Assembly (NCBI GenBank): GCA_020184695.1
Contig: JAANOX010000002.1
Coordinates: forward strand, 1 to 64,000
Direction of reading: 5' to 3'
Source of the DNA: Histomonas meleagridis 2922-C6/04-290x
Lineage: Eukaryota > Protista > Parabasalia
DNA length: 64,000 bases
In this document: piece after piece, positions 23,467-34,698 of the stretch
How positions within the stretch are numbered: position 1 is the first letter of the stretch
How the letters are laid out: each line of letters starts with the position of its first letter
Notes under the pieces: model-generated
What the model saw: the letters and a program-made list of their open reading frames with translations, nothing else
Database searches by the model: none
Told to the model about the DNA's origin: nothing
Position numbers and translations under genes: made by a program

Positions 23467-24735
23467 ATGGATTCAAGAACAAATATTTCAACCTTTCTAG
23501 TTTTTGATGCAATTGTTCCAAAGTTTGAAGGTGCAGAACCTCGTGTGTTATATTGTTATTCTGTTGAACCAATGCAACCACACCAAGATGTAAATCAAGC
23601 AGGTTTATTTATTGCTTTTCTTAAATTTTGCACACGTTTCAGATGTGCGTCACCATGCGATTACATTGAAACCGGAAATTATCAAAATGGGCTTCTTGAA
23701 CTTCGAGATAATGTTTGGATGGCAATCCGGAGAAAAAAGAATGATAATTCAGCGAACCATACATTTATCAAATTTTTACTACAAAATTGCAGAGAAATGT
23801 TTAATCTTTTCTTTCCCCAACTTACTCGCGATCCAGAAACAAATGAAATTGATGAGAAAAGCACCAATCTTATCAAAAGTGCATTTGCATCCATTGTTAA
23901 ATCCACCATTAACACTGATTTAACCATAGCTCATCTTTATAACTCTACATTTAATCTCACCATTCCTTTTGAAATGGAAGATAATCTTTCGCAACACATT
24001 TATAATCTTCTTCATCAACGTCTTTCTCCTATAATGGGCATTGCTATTATGTATTCCTATTATTTTATCTACAGTTCGTTTCCACCTGATATATCACGAA
24101 CCATTTCACTTGCGTTACGAGTCAAACTCCCATATCTCTTCCCACAAGCCCTTGCCAAAGAGGACAAGAAGCTTTATTGGACAATCGGCATGTGCTATCA
24201 GCCAGACGGCCAGTTATGTGTTTTTGCGCCTCCACTTTACATAAACGGTCACCAGTTTCCACTTATTGCGTTACGCTTTGGGAAAATCCGGTTTATTATT
24301 GCCCTTAAGGAGAATGTTCTTGTTTCACCAGAATCACTTAATTATATCCCGCATTATATTAAGCCATTAAAACATTTCTTCGAATCATTTAATGTCCGAA
24401 CTATTGCAGGTAAATATAAAGGTCCATATTTACTTGTGAATAGTAATAAACAAGATCAATGTTTGAAATTCGCGTATCATAAACTCGCTGAACATGATAT
24501 ACCATTGACACAGGACTTGTTGTTGACTTGTAATTCTTTCGCTTCCGATTTCTCAACATATTCAAGTATCGCTTTATGCGGAAAATCGAATTTCTTCGTC
24601 TGGTATAGGAACTTAAGGATGAAAGAAGTGGCAATCATAATGAAAACAGATTGTAAAGAAGTATCAAATGCGATAAAATGGTGTAGAACTTTGGACGATG
24701 ATAAAAATTTGAGTCATATGGAGGTGAAAAGATAA
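23467..24735 (+). CDS. Longin-domain protein, CCZ1/HPS4-like
   Basis: N-terminal F.VFD....EG....VLYCY...QAGLFIAF.KF..RF....CDYIET....ELRDNVWMAI resembles the Ccz1 first longin domain. Confidence 0.5.
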   Translation: MDSRTNISTFLVFDAIVPKFEGAEPRVLYCYSVEPMQPHQDVNQAGLFIAFLKFCTRFRCASPCDYIETGNYQNGLLELRDNVWMAIRRKKNDNSANHTFIKFLLQNCREMFNLFFPQLTRDPETNEIDEKSTNLIKSAFASIVKSTINTDLTIAHLYNSTFNLTIPFEMEDNLSQHIYNLLHQRLSPIMGIAIMYSYYFIYSSFPPDISRTISLALRVKLPYLFPQALAKEDKKLYWTIGMCYQPDGQLCVFAPPLYINGHQFPLIALRFGKIRFIIALKENVLVSPESLNYIPHYIKPLKHFFESFNVRTIAGKYKGPYLLVNSNKQDQCLKFAYHKLAEHDIPLTQDLLLTCNSFASDFSTYSSIALCGKSNFFVWYRNLRMKEVAIIMKTDCKEVSNAIKWCRTLDDDKNLSHMEVKR

Positions 24736-25804
24736 CAAAATATTTGTATATTCGGAATAAAATAATTTGTGTATTCATTTTTCATATTATTTCATTGTTA
24801 AAATATATAATTTACTTCTTGGAAAAAAAGTAAAAATAGAATTGTTAAATGTAACAAATAAAAGTTTTCTGATACCTTTTTTATGAACTTTCGATACGAA
24901 TAATTAGCACATTTTTGCGTTTTATATTGATTTTATATACACAAATAATTTTCCACAAAAAAATCTCATTAATTCTCTCCATCGTGACACTTCCCATTTT
25001 TTTTTTCAATGAGGCCAAAAAAATAATAGAAATTGCCAAAAAGTTGTTGCTGTTATCGCCAAATTCTTTTATAAAAGTGACTTTTTTGCATTCTTCATTT
25101 AAAACATAATAAAGCTAATGTTTCGTTTGATTTGGGAAGCCCTTTGTGCCACCACATGAGTAGGAATATTAGTATTATTTTTAATTTGTAATGAAAGAAA
25201 ATTCTTCATTCGACAGACTTCGATATTTGACGAATTTTGTTGCCATATTTGAATAGGCATTGAAATTAGTTTTAATTAATTATTAATTTATAACTCATTT
25301 TCGCAGGCGTTGTTTTGATAATTGTTGCAATAATAGTTTGCGCATAGGAAGAAGTTAAGTTTAGGTTAAGGCTGCAAGAGATCATAATTCTGAAACCAAT
25401 GAAATAATTAATTTTACATATAATTCATTTGATGAAGATCCATTTGTTGATGATTTCACTGTACTGTGAAATAATTTTGTAAATTTTGACACTTTTTTAT
25501 GTAAAAAACTTATCGGGATTTATGCATTCAAATTTGTAGTCAATTTTCCTTTTTTTCTATACAATATTTTTATCGGTTACAGAAAAATAATGTCACAAGT
25601 TAAATAACAGCTCCACCAAAAATAAAAAGAATATAGCTTTATTTCAAAAAAATTTCAAGTTTTACCCAAATCAATTTTATTTTACGCATTTGCAGGTTGA
25701 GAATAAAGCTCAATGAATTCATGTTATAAAAATTCATTGGAACTGTAAAAAATCCATTTTTGTTACAAGAAACCGTAAAAGAATAAAAAGTGGCAATATA
25801 ACTC

Positions 25805-28800
25805 ATGAGCCAGGAAACCAACGAAGAAACCACAATATCTCAATGGATAAAGTCAAAAGAGGCTGATCTTAAATCTCTTGAATTCGACAAGCCAAATGTA
25901 TTTATTGTAAAAAACGAAACTAATCCTTGGAATGCTGATAACGTTCCAGAAATTAAACATCCTGGTGCAGATTTTTTCAGAAGTGAACCACTTATCATGA
26001 CACGAGATTATGATAGATTAGAACCACGTCCAGAAAGAAGCAAAATTCCTGAGGAATATTTAGAATTTAATTCTTCTCCTGGTGGTTCTTTAGGAAAATC
26101 ATTAGATACATTAATCAATGAATTAGACCCATTAACGTCCATTCTTCCTCCACCAGATTCTTTATATTTAAAGGACCCAAGACCAAATTCTTCACCAATA
26201 ATTGATTCTGACCTTCAATTATACAAACTTTCTTTTACATCTATAAATGCTGCCTGTGACTTTTTATGCCCAATTATCTTAGACGTCTTTCTTTTTGATG
26301 GCAAAATTGGAAAGAGAGTATCAGAAACATGGTCCTTTGTTCCACCACAATTCCACAATGAATTGTCATCTCACGAAGCCTTCAATAGTTTTCTTCAAGC
26401 ACCACAGAGTATTTCTCTTGCAATTAATCGACCCAAATTATCTTCAACCGATGACTTAGAAAAGTCATATGAAGGTCTATTTTTAGTCTGTATCTTTGAC
26501 AGACTCTTTATGAAGCAAGCAGGAGCTGCTGTTGATCAATATTATATATCACCCAAAGATTTTAATAAGCGAAAAGCTTTAGCAGCCATAAAAGAAATGA
26601 ACTACGAAGGCTATAGGTTAACATTTGCATATGCAGCTCGAGCCATTTCCAAGATTCTTTCTGAAGGGAATTCGAATATTCAATTTCTCCGAGTTATCCA
26701 AACCACGACAGCCGATGAAGCGTTTCTGCAACATAAGCTCAACAAAGAGCGTAAGCATCCGCATTATTTACCTATTGATGCCCGATTTGTCATGACCAAA
26801 TTAGATTCACCGACAAGTGAATTGAAACAGCTCCGATACTTCTTCAAGACAAATCCATTTTTCCGGCTTAAATATGAGAATTATTTAGTCATTAAGTTCA
26901 AGACTGTTAATTTATCATTAAAATTTGGGGTTAAAGGGCGAAACATTGCTGGCGATGTCACATATCGAAATGGTAATACATTACTTGACATAAATGGGCA
27001 AAAATCATATAAAACGCATTGTCAATATCATAGTTCTAATCCCAAATTCCATGACGAGATCATCTTAGAATTACCATATCCATTAACCAAAGATTTATCT
27101 CTTGATTTTAAGTTTTATCATTTAGATTCCAAGTTACAAGTTGCAAATGAAACTAATACATTAGGAACAGCTACATTAAGTTTATTACATGATGGACATA
27201 TTATCGAAAATGGTGAGCATAAAATTAGTATATATGATCCAATTGGTAAATCAAGTGATGCGAAGTCGGTACTAATCATTGAGACATTAATATGTTCAAG
27301 TATAAATTCACCATCATCATCAGTAAATGAAATGATGAATGGTATCTATCAAAACTCGGATAAAATTGATTATTATTCACTTGCTAAATATATAAATCCA
27401 TTATTAGATCAAATTATTAAAGATATCTCAGAAGGTAATCATGATTCATTTATAGCATTAACAAATGTCATTAATCAATTTCCATTTAATGATAAAGATT
27501 CAAGATATAAAGGATTAATTAAAGAGAATTATCAAGATAAAATTATACAGCCATATGATTTATTAAGTTTTTATTTACAATATTGCGCTTTACATAATGT
27601 AAATATTTGTGACTTCTTTAGACAATATGTATTATTTTGGAATGAATATATTGTTAAAGTTAATTTAGAGAAACGAATTGATATTAATTTCCCATTTTTC
27701 TTTTTAGATTTATTATTTAAATGTATATTAAATGATAAGAATTTAATATTCGATGATTCATTTAGGAATTTAATGAATTCATTACAAAATAATTTGACAA
27801 GTTTTCGAAGTGAAAGTTATGTTAAATCATTTAATGGTCATCAATTAAATATAGCATTAGCTATGTTTTATAAAGATTTATGTGAATTTTGTGATCGAGG
27901 AATTATAATAAAAATTGTCTCAGAACATATTAATAAATTCGATGTAAGAAAGAATCAATATGATCAAAGATGTTTCATTGATTTCTTAAGTAATTTCTTA
28001 ACACCGAAAACACTTTTAATATTTTGTATCCCATTAAATGATGAAGATTTTAATACATGTTCATTTTCACAAATCTTTTTGAATAAATTAGAAGAAGAAT
28101 TAGCAACTTATGAACAACTTCATGAATTTTGTTCATTATTATATTGTTTATTAAATTATTATACAAAAGAACAACTTAAATTAATATCATTAGGTATTAT
28201 CCCATTATTAAATATCATTGGAAGAAATAGAGTTATATTAACTGAGAATAATGACTTAAATTTATTTATATTTCCATTTATTATAATATTATTCTTATTA
28301 TCAAATTATGACTTAAATAAATTGACGGATGAAGTTAGTGAAACTTGTCGATTATTAATCGAAAAATCGAATGAAGGTATTAATTTACCAAATAAAATTA
28401 AAGAATTAGAAGGTATATTTGATAATAAAAGAAATAGTAATAAACGCTCATTAAATTTATTAGATGAAAAAGTTGCCAAATTTAAAATATTATCATTTAA
28501 TTCACTTGATGCATGGAAACGAATTGATTTTCTTAATCAAATGATATGTATTAGTTTTGTACAATTATGTAATATTGTATATTCATTAAATAATTTAATT
28601 GTACCATTATATGACATTAAAATCTCGAAATATTTATTCCAAACATTTAAAGAATCGACAATAAACTTCATTAAAATTAATAAGACGAAAATATTTAAAG
28701 ATCCACAATTTAAAGTCTATAAATTAGTCTTAAACTTAATTAAGAATTTAACACAATATAACTACGAAATTATTGATGAAATATGGACAAATGAACAACT

Positions 28801-30295
28801 TGAATGTAAAACAACAAATCGAACATATGCATTTTTCTTACGTGCAATTAAAAAACATGGATTAACAAATGACAAATTTAACATTTTAAAGAATTCTAAT
28901 GTATATTCTATTGCAGAACGTTATATGAAGATTAATTCCAAATTAGAAAAACTTAATTATAAAGATGAAAATCATCATGATACTATAGCAGATTGTTTAG
29001 TTAAATTAGCTGATTTTTATATCCCTTCACCAGATTGTCGAGTCCAAGTTTTATTAGAGTTAGCACAATTACATTTACAATATCAATATGCAAGTGAAGC
29101 TGCAGTAGCACAATTAACAGCAGCTGCATTAGTTGCAGAATATTTACGTGTATTAGATCGATTACCTAATGTATTCTCTGATGAAAAACATCCAGCTAAA
29201 TCATTCATTAGTGCATGTCCTTCAGCTTCAAGTGAAGTATGTCCAGATAAATTACTTGAAGACTTACCTAAAATACCTGGATTTTGTACAACGAAATATT
29301 TCTGTGAATGTGGTTTAATATTTATCATTCAAACTACTATGGACACATGTAAACGCGCCTCATTATTTGAGTTATCAACAAAGATTCATTCTTTATTACG
29401 TCCTTTAATTGAATATCGACATTTATGGAGAGTCTTAGAGAAACATTTCCAAAACGGAGAAATTTCATGGTCATTTTTGGATCAATTTGGTGCAAAGAAT
29501 GATCGTTCGTTAGGTACATATTTCCGAGTTAAGTTTCAAACAGGTGAAATTTATATATATCGTGAAGCACAATTAGTCAATTTATGGCAATTTAGTAACA
29601 AAATTAAACAACGCTCAAACTTAATAGCGAATGGTAAACCAATCGAAATCATTAATGAAGGACTTGACTTTAATCCGGACAAATTAGAAAAGGATAAATT
29701 TTATGTACATATTAAATCAGTTGAACAATATTTCACACCAGAAGAAAAGAAAACTCGTGTTACTGTATTCGAACAAAATCATAACGTGAGTCGATTTTAT
29801 TTCGATTTGCCTTATTCGAAAACTGCACAACAATCAATTGAACATTGTTATTTAAAGAGAACTATTTATACTCTTCCACATCCAATGCCATATATAGTGT
29901 CAAGAGTTAAAATACCACCAGAGAACATACAACAAATCGATTATACGCCAATAGAATATAGTTGCTCAAACTTATCCAAACAATTGGAAAATATTAAAGA
30001 GGCAACAAAAAGAAAAGACTTCAAGACAATGCAATTGTTGTTGCAAGGATCATTATTGGTGCAAGTAAACGAAGGCCCAAAGAAAATGGCGGAGGTGTTC
30101 TTGAATGGTTCGACGGAAAATCAAAACACTGCAAACTTAAGAAGAATATTTAGAGAGTTCTTAAAGGCAAATGAACAGGCGGTGAAGCTACACGGCGAAT
30201 GGGTAATGAAGAACCCCGTGCACTCGAAGCTACAGGACGAAATGGAAATCGGTCTGAACAGGTTAACTTCTTCTTTGCAGCCGTTTTTAAAGTAA
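25805..30295 (+). CDS. Dedicator of cytokinesis (DOCK) Rho-family GEF with DHR-1 (C2) and DHR-2 domains
   Basis: C2 DHR-1 (YHSSNPKFHDEIILELP), DHR-2 (SEAAVAQLTAAALVAEYL; RSLGTYFRV; LQLLLQGSLLVQVNEGP-like segment). Confidence 0.9.
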   Translation: MSQETNEETTISQWIKSKEADLKSLEFDKPNVFIVKNETNPWNADNVPEIKHPGADFFRSEPLIMTRDYDRLEPRPERSKIPEEYLEFNSSPGGSLGKSLDTLINELDPLTSILPPPDSLYLKDPRPNSSPIIDSDLQLYKLSFTSINAACDFLCPIILDVFLFDGKIGKRVSETWSFVPPQFHNELSSHEAFNSFLQAPQSISLAINRPKLSSTDDLEKSYEGLFLVCIFDRLFMKQAGAAVDQYYISPKDFNKRKALAAIKEMNYEGYRLTFAYAARAISKILSEGNSNIQFLRVIQTTTADEAFLQHKLNKERKHPHYLPIDARFVMTKLDSPTSELKQLRYFFKTNPFFRLKYENYLVIKFKTVNLSLKFGVKGRNIAGDVTYRNGNTLLDINGQKSYKTHCQYHSSNPKFHDEIILELPYPLTKDLSLDFKFYHLDSKLQVANETNTLGTATLSLLHDGHIIENGEHKISIYDPIGKSSDAKSVLIIETLICSSINSPSSSVNEMMNGIYQNSDKIDYYSLAKYINPLLDQIIKDISEGNHDSFIALTNVINQFPFNDKDSRYKGLIKENYQDKIIQPYDLLSFYLQYCALHNVNICDFFRQYVLFWNEYIVKVNLEKRIDINFPFFFLDLLFKCILNDKNLIFDDSFRNLMNSLQNNLTSFRSESYVKSFNGHQLNIALAMFYKDLCEFCDRGIIIKIVSEHINKFDVRKNQYDQRCFIDFLSNFLTPKTLLIFCIPLNDEDFNTCSFSQIFLNKLEEELATYEQLHEFCSLLYCLLNYYTKEQLKLISLGIIPLLNIIGRNRVILTENNDLNLFIFPFIIILFLLSNYDLNKLTDEVSETCRLLIEKSNEGINLPNKIKELEGIFDNKRNSNKRSLNLLDEKVAKFKILSFNSLDAWKRIDFLNQMICISFVQLCNIVYSLNNLIVPLYDIKISKYLFQTFKESTINFIKINKTKIFKDPQFKVYKLVLNLIKNLTQYNYEIIDEIWTNEQLECKTTNRTYAFFLRAIKKHGLTNDKFNILKNSNVYSIAERYMKINSKLEKLNYKDENHHDTIADCLVKLADFYIPSPDCRVQVLLELAQLHLQYQYASEAAVAQLTAAALVAEYLRVLDRLPNVFSDEKHPAKSFISACPSASSEVCPDKLLEDLPKIPGFCTTKYFCECGLIFIIQTTMDTCKRASLFELSTKIHSLLRPLIEYRHLWRVLEKHFQNGEISWSFLDQFGAKNDRSLGTYFRVKFQTGEIYIYREAQLVNLWQFSNKIKQRSNLIANGKPIEIINEGLDFNPDKLEKDKFYVHIKSVEQYFTPEEKKTRVTVFEQNHNVSRFYFDLPYSKTAQQSIEHCYLKRTIYTLPHPMPYIVSRVKIPPENIQQIDYTPIEYSCSNLSKQLENIKEATKRKDFKTMQLLLQGSLLVQVNEGPKKMAEVFLNGSTENQNTANLRRIFREFLKANEQAVKLHGEWVMKNPVHSKLQDEMEIGLNRLTSSLQPFLK

Positions 30296-30576
30296 AAAAT
30301 TATTATATTGTGAAATGTGACATTACAGAGCAAGAAAATTAATGTTTCGTTTTATGTTCGTCGAAAAATAATTTTCACATTTGTCAAAGTTCTTAGAGCT
30401 AACTGAAAAACGCTCTTTATTATAAAAATGTTTTGATGTCTTTCTTTATGTGGGTGTATGAGCATTTTTATAAATGCTTTCCTTATCAATGTAAATTATC
30501 AAACAAGTTTTTTATGTATGCAATATATACTTAATAACTCACTTTTTTCTCACAGTAATTTATTTCTGAAAACCAA

Positions 30577-30972
30577 GTGCCGAAGGAATTTCAATTCTTA
30601 GAAGAACTTAGGCAAATTGTTTTTTCTGTAAACAATGAAAATATCGAAGCATCTACTGAATCCATTATGAAAATATTTGATAACAAAAATTCATATACTC
30701 TTAATCTTATTATTTCTCAACTGGTTTATATAGCATTTTTTGCAAGAGCTCGAACTATGAAGACTGTCGAAGCTTATGTACATTTCATTAAAAAGATTGA
30801 AGAAAAGGAATTAGATATAAAAGAAAACAAAATAACTGAAATTTTTATGAGTTATCTTACCACACATTATGCTCGTGGTGAACCCCTTATGGAAAAAATG
30901 TTCCAAAATAATTATGCTGACCCAAACCATATTCTTAAAGGGGAAAATTATTACTTATCAGTTCAAATATAA
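30577..30972 (+). pseudogene. Truncated paralog of the N-terminal helical domain of the ankyrin/DUF3447 genes
   Basis: Aligns by eye with the N-termini of genes A and C (..LRQIVFSVNNENI...LIISQLVY...EKMFQNNYADP..), then stops with no DUF3447 or ankyrin part. Confidence 0.55.
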
Positions 30973-31175
30973 ATGTTGTTTTAGATATGTATAGTTTCAT
31001 AATGTCGATATTTCCATTATATATATAGAATAGCTTGGAGATTGAAATAAGAGGTATATGTAAAAAATCTTTACCAAAAGAATAAAAATGCTTTATATTT
31101 TTAAAAGAAAACACAAAATATTTTTAGAATTTTTAAAATAATAATTAATTTATAAAAACAAACATTTATTCGCAT

Positions 31176-32441
31176 TTAATAAAATTTAATTTGACCATTA
31201 GGAAACTGAATAACTTTTTCACCATTCTTTGAACGTTTTTCTTTTTGTCCATTTGCAAATATATAAATAACAGATCCATCACATGTTGAGATTTCGATAG
31301 TTTGGCTTGATTTATATTTATATGCTTGTGTACCATCTTTAAAATCAATAGAAATATCTCCATTTTGATAAAATATATATAAAATTTCATCTTTTTGTAT
31401 CTTTTGTGATCCATTTGGAAACAATGTACCAATTGCATCATCATCATAATATATCATTCGTTTCCCATCATTTAAAATTATTTGATTTGTAATATTTCCT
31501 GGTTTATAATCGAAATTAATTTCTGATTGATGATCATAAGAAAACAATTCATTAAATGAATCTTTTGAGTTTTTATTTATTGTTTCTTCGTTTTCGTTGT
31601 GATAATTTGATTTACTTTCATTTACTTTGATGCTTTGATTTGGAGTTATGTTAACTTTTTTATTTTCTGTGCTTTCTTCTTCTTCACTTAAATCAAAGCT
31701 GATTTCATCGTTTTTTGTTAGATCGATTTTGATTAGTTTTCCAGTTGATTTTACTTTGTTTTCTTTTGGTGATAATGTTTTGATGAGAGTTTGCTTTGCT
31801 TGTGGTAAAATTTCACTTTGATTTTCGTTGTTGGATTTTGATTTATAATTGTGATCAATTAATAATGCTTCATTTGGAACTATGGATGGTAGTGGTTGAT
31901 TTTTTTCATTTGTTATAGAAGAAGTACTTTGATCTTTTTCTTTTAGTTCTTGAATTTGTTTAAGTAAATTCATTTTTTCATTTGCCCACTCCGTTTTTTT
32001 AAATCTGTACTTTTCTTTTAGAGCTGTGTATTTTTGTTTTAGAAGAAGATGGTTTGCTTCACTGAAAATTGGCTGAGAAAAAATTTGTCTACTTTCGTAT
32101 TTTGCTTTTTCTCGAGCAAGCTTCCTTCTTTCATTTCTTAATTGTGTTTTTTCGTTTTCAAGTTGTCTTTTCTTTTGTTTTATTTGTTGAATTGTTTTTT
32201 CAAGATGTGTTATTAATTCCAAAATTTGACTAGTATCTATTTCATTATCTTCTTGATTATCTTGGGTTTCAAAAAGATCTGGAAATTTTTTTGAGAATTT
32301 TTGTCGAAGATTTTTAAAATCAATTGATGAATCTGAATATTCTGAATTGCTTTCATTTAGAGCTATCTCTTCGTTTTCACAAAACGATCCTAAGTCTTCA
32401 GATATGGGAATCTTTTGTAATTCATTATTGGGATCGCTCAT
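31176..32441 (-). CDS. CENP-J/SAS-4-like protein (coiled coil plus Tcp10_C domain)
   Basis: Coiled coil followed by C-terminal F.NG/Y.NGD beta repeats (LFPNGSQK, FYQNGD, FANGQKE, FPNGQIK). Confidence 0.75.
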   Translation of the reverse strand: MSDPNNELQKIPISEDLGSFCENEEIALNESNSEYSDSSIDFKNLRQKFSKKFPDLFETQDNQEDNEIDTSQILELITHLEKTIQQIKQKKRQLENEKTQLRNERRKLAREKAKYESRQIFSQPIFSEANHLLLKQKYTALKEKYRFKKTEWANEKMNLLKQIQELKEKDQSTSSITNEKNQPLPSIVPNEALLIDHNYKSKSNNENQSEILPQAKQTLIKTLSPKENKVKSTGKLIKIDLTKNDEISFDLSEEEESTENKKVNITPNQSIKVNESKSNYHNENEETINKNSKDSFNELFSYDHQSEINFDYKPGNITNQIILNDGKRMIYYDDDAIGTLFPNGSQKIQKDEILYIFYQNGDISIDFKDGTQAYKYKSSQTIEISTCDGSVIYIFANGQKEKRSKNGEKVIQFPNGQIKFY

Positions 32442-32768
32442 ATGAAGTTAACGTACATATTGACCGTTTAGCAACATTCGTACCCTATTTTACTTACTTG
32501 CCATTTTTACCCAAAGGATTTAATATTTTCAAGAAAAATCAACATGAAACTGAATTTTACACAGGTGTTACCTATAAAGTGTGTTAAAATTTTATAATAT
32601 TTTAATTCTCCACAACAAATTACATTTTAAGATTTGATATCATTATTTCTCTTAACTTTTATTCTTATCTATTCACTACAGCCATAAGCATGTTCTGGGT
32701 AAGAAAAAATAATCTAAAAACAATAGATGAATTTATTAATCATTTATATATACATATTCTTTATTATT

Positions 32769-33803
32769 TTATCTATTAGCTCTACAAAGTCTGGGAAACA
32801 ACAAGTCTGGAAAGTAATAATGAACTGATTCATCTTTAACAGCAAATATTTGTTTGGATATTTTTATAATACCATCAATTCCACGTTTATCGTGGTGATG
32901 TAAGAAAACAATTTTATTAAGTGGCCCATTAAACACACCACAATGATATAAATTTGTCGGATATTCTTTTTCTGGACAAGGAATTAAATCATGAAAATCA
33001 TTTTTTTCTATTCTTTTTAAATCATCTTTTGGAAAAGGGTGACCCAAAAAGCTAAAAGATGTCGCATTTATCATTGTAATATTTAATCTAATTAAAAATT
33101 CATTGTGACAAATATCTTCGGCTCGTTTACAATTTTTTATAATTTCTTCATAAATCGGAAGCATTAATTCAACAGCTCTTCTTGAATAAAAATATCCAAC
33201 ACCACCTTGAAGGAATCCTGATAAATCAGGAAGCTCCACACAACAACCAAGAATTACCGGTTCTTTCAAAGGATCATATTTTTCTTCTAGTGATTGATAA
33301 TATGATTCTAATAGTTTTAAGTTTACTGAATTATCATCTGTAGCTCTATGAAGCCAACGATAATTCGTTTCATAATAAAAGTATGAAAGTCCGAAATATG
33401 TTTTTCGATAAATATCAATGCTTTTTGCATCATATGTTTTGCTTGGCTTGATTTTAGATGTTATTTTTCTGTAATAATCAGGAACTTTAAGATTTAAAAT
33501 ATCATCAAAATATTCTTGTGTTGTTATATTAATATCTTCCCAATCAAGATATATGGCTTTATAACCTGGCATCTGATTTAATTCATTAACAAAATAAATA
33601 GTCATTTTGATGGGGTTTTGACTTTTTGGCATTGTGACAATAATAAATAACACCTTATTAATGGTGTTGTTATTAAGTATTTGAGTGTTTTTAATATTGA
33701 ATCGAATTCTTTTACATGAATATTTAAACTTCCAGATTATAATTAAATATATAATGGAAAATATATATGCTAAAATAACATATTTATAATTTGTTTTAGC
33801 CAT
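32769..33803 (-). CDS. Type II membrane glycosyltransferase-like protein (GT31/galactosyltransferase-like)
   Basis: N-terminal TM helix, RWLHRATDDNSVNL (DDD-like motif), FLQGGVGYFYSRRAV and AEDI. Confidence 0.6.
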   Translation of the reverse strand: MAKTNYKYVILAYIFSIIYLIIIWKFKYSCKRIRFNIKNTQILNNNTINKVLFIIVTMPKSQNPIKMTIYFVNELNQMPGYKAIYLDWEDINITTQEYFDDILNLKVPDYYRKITSKIKPSKTYDAKSIDIYRKTYFGLSYFYYETNYRWLHRATDDNSVNLKLLESYYQSLEEKYDPLKEPVILGCCVELPDLSGFLQGGVGYFYSRRAVELMLPIYEEIIKNCKRAEDICHNEFLIRLNITMINATSFSFLGHPFPKDDLKRIEKNDFHDLIPCPEKEYPTNLYHCGVFNGPLNKIVFLHHHDKRGIDGIIKISKQIFAVKDESVHYYFPDLLFPRLCRANR

Positions 33804-34698
33804 TTTTGTCTAAATGGCTCAAATTTATTTAAGTTTTTCAACGTTTAAAGAATTCTTTATAAGAACTTTCTTTTATGTATTGAAATATAATATTTTAATT
33901 AAATCCATATAAAATGGACCATTTTACAATATGTAGAAGTAATAAATTTCTAAAATTGCTATTACATTATATATATTGTGTTAATTTTATAATAAATGTG
34001 ATATAATATAGAATGCGCAAAATATAGGAAGACGCCTACAGACACCCGTATGACACATGTATGACATAATGTTAAAGCATAAATAGAGTCATGAAAGCGA
34101 AAAAAATACAACCAAAAAATGAACCTTATTCTTAACAAAATCAAGCCAATTTTTTCAATTTTACAGAGATCTATTAATAAATATAATTTTGTATTTTATT
34201 TTAAAAAAAATTGAAATCGAAAATTTATTGATTTTTTTGAAGTATCATTAGATAGAATATAATCAATATTTTGTATTTATAAAGGTTTTATCAAAATTCT
34301 TTGGTATATTTTAGAGAAATTTTCCATTTAATCAACAACAAATTTCAATATAATAATGCGACATGTGAACTGAAAAACATTTTTAAATATCATAAAAACA
34401 TGAAAAAAAGTATAAATGAAATTAATATATAATCTTTATAATAAAAATCAGAAGTATTTTGATCACTGAATAAAGTTATTCATTAAATTAATGCATTTCA
34501 ATAAAGAAATGCAATTATTGTAAATTTTGACAACAAGCTTTGTGATAATGAGGTTTTTGAGTTGACTTTTTGTAAATTTTAAAAAGTAACGATAGAGCAT
34601 ATCAAACAACAAACATTTATATAAAAGTGACATGGTGATTTGGCCGAAAGAAAGTTGAGGAATCTCATAGAAAGTATTGAATAAAAATAAAATTAGTT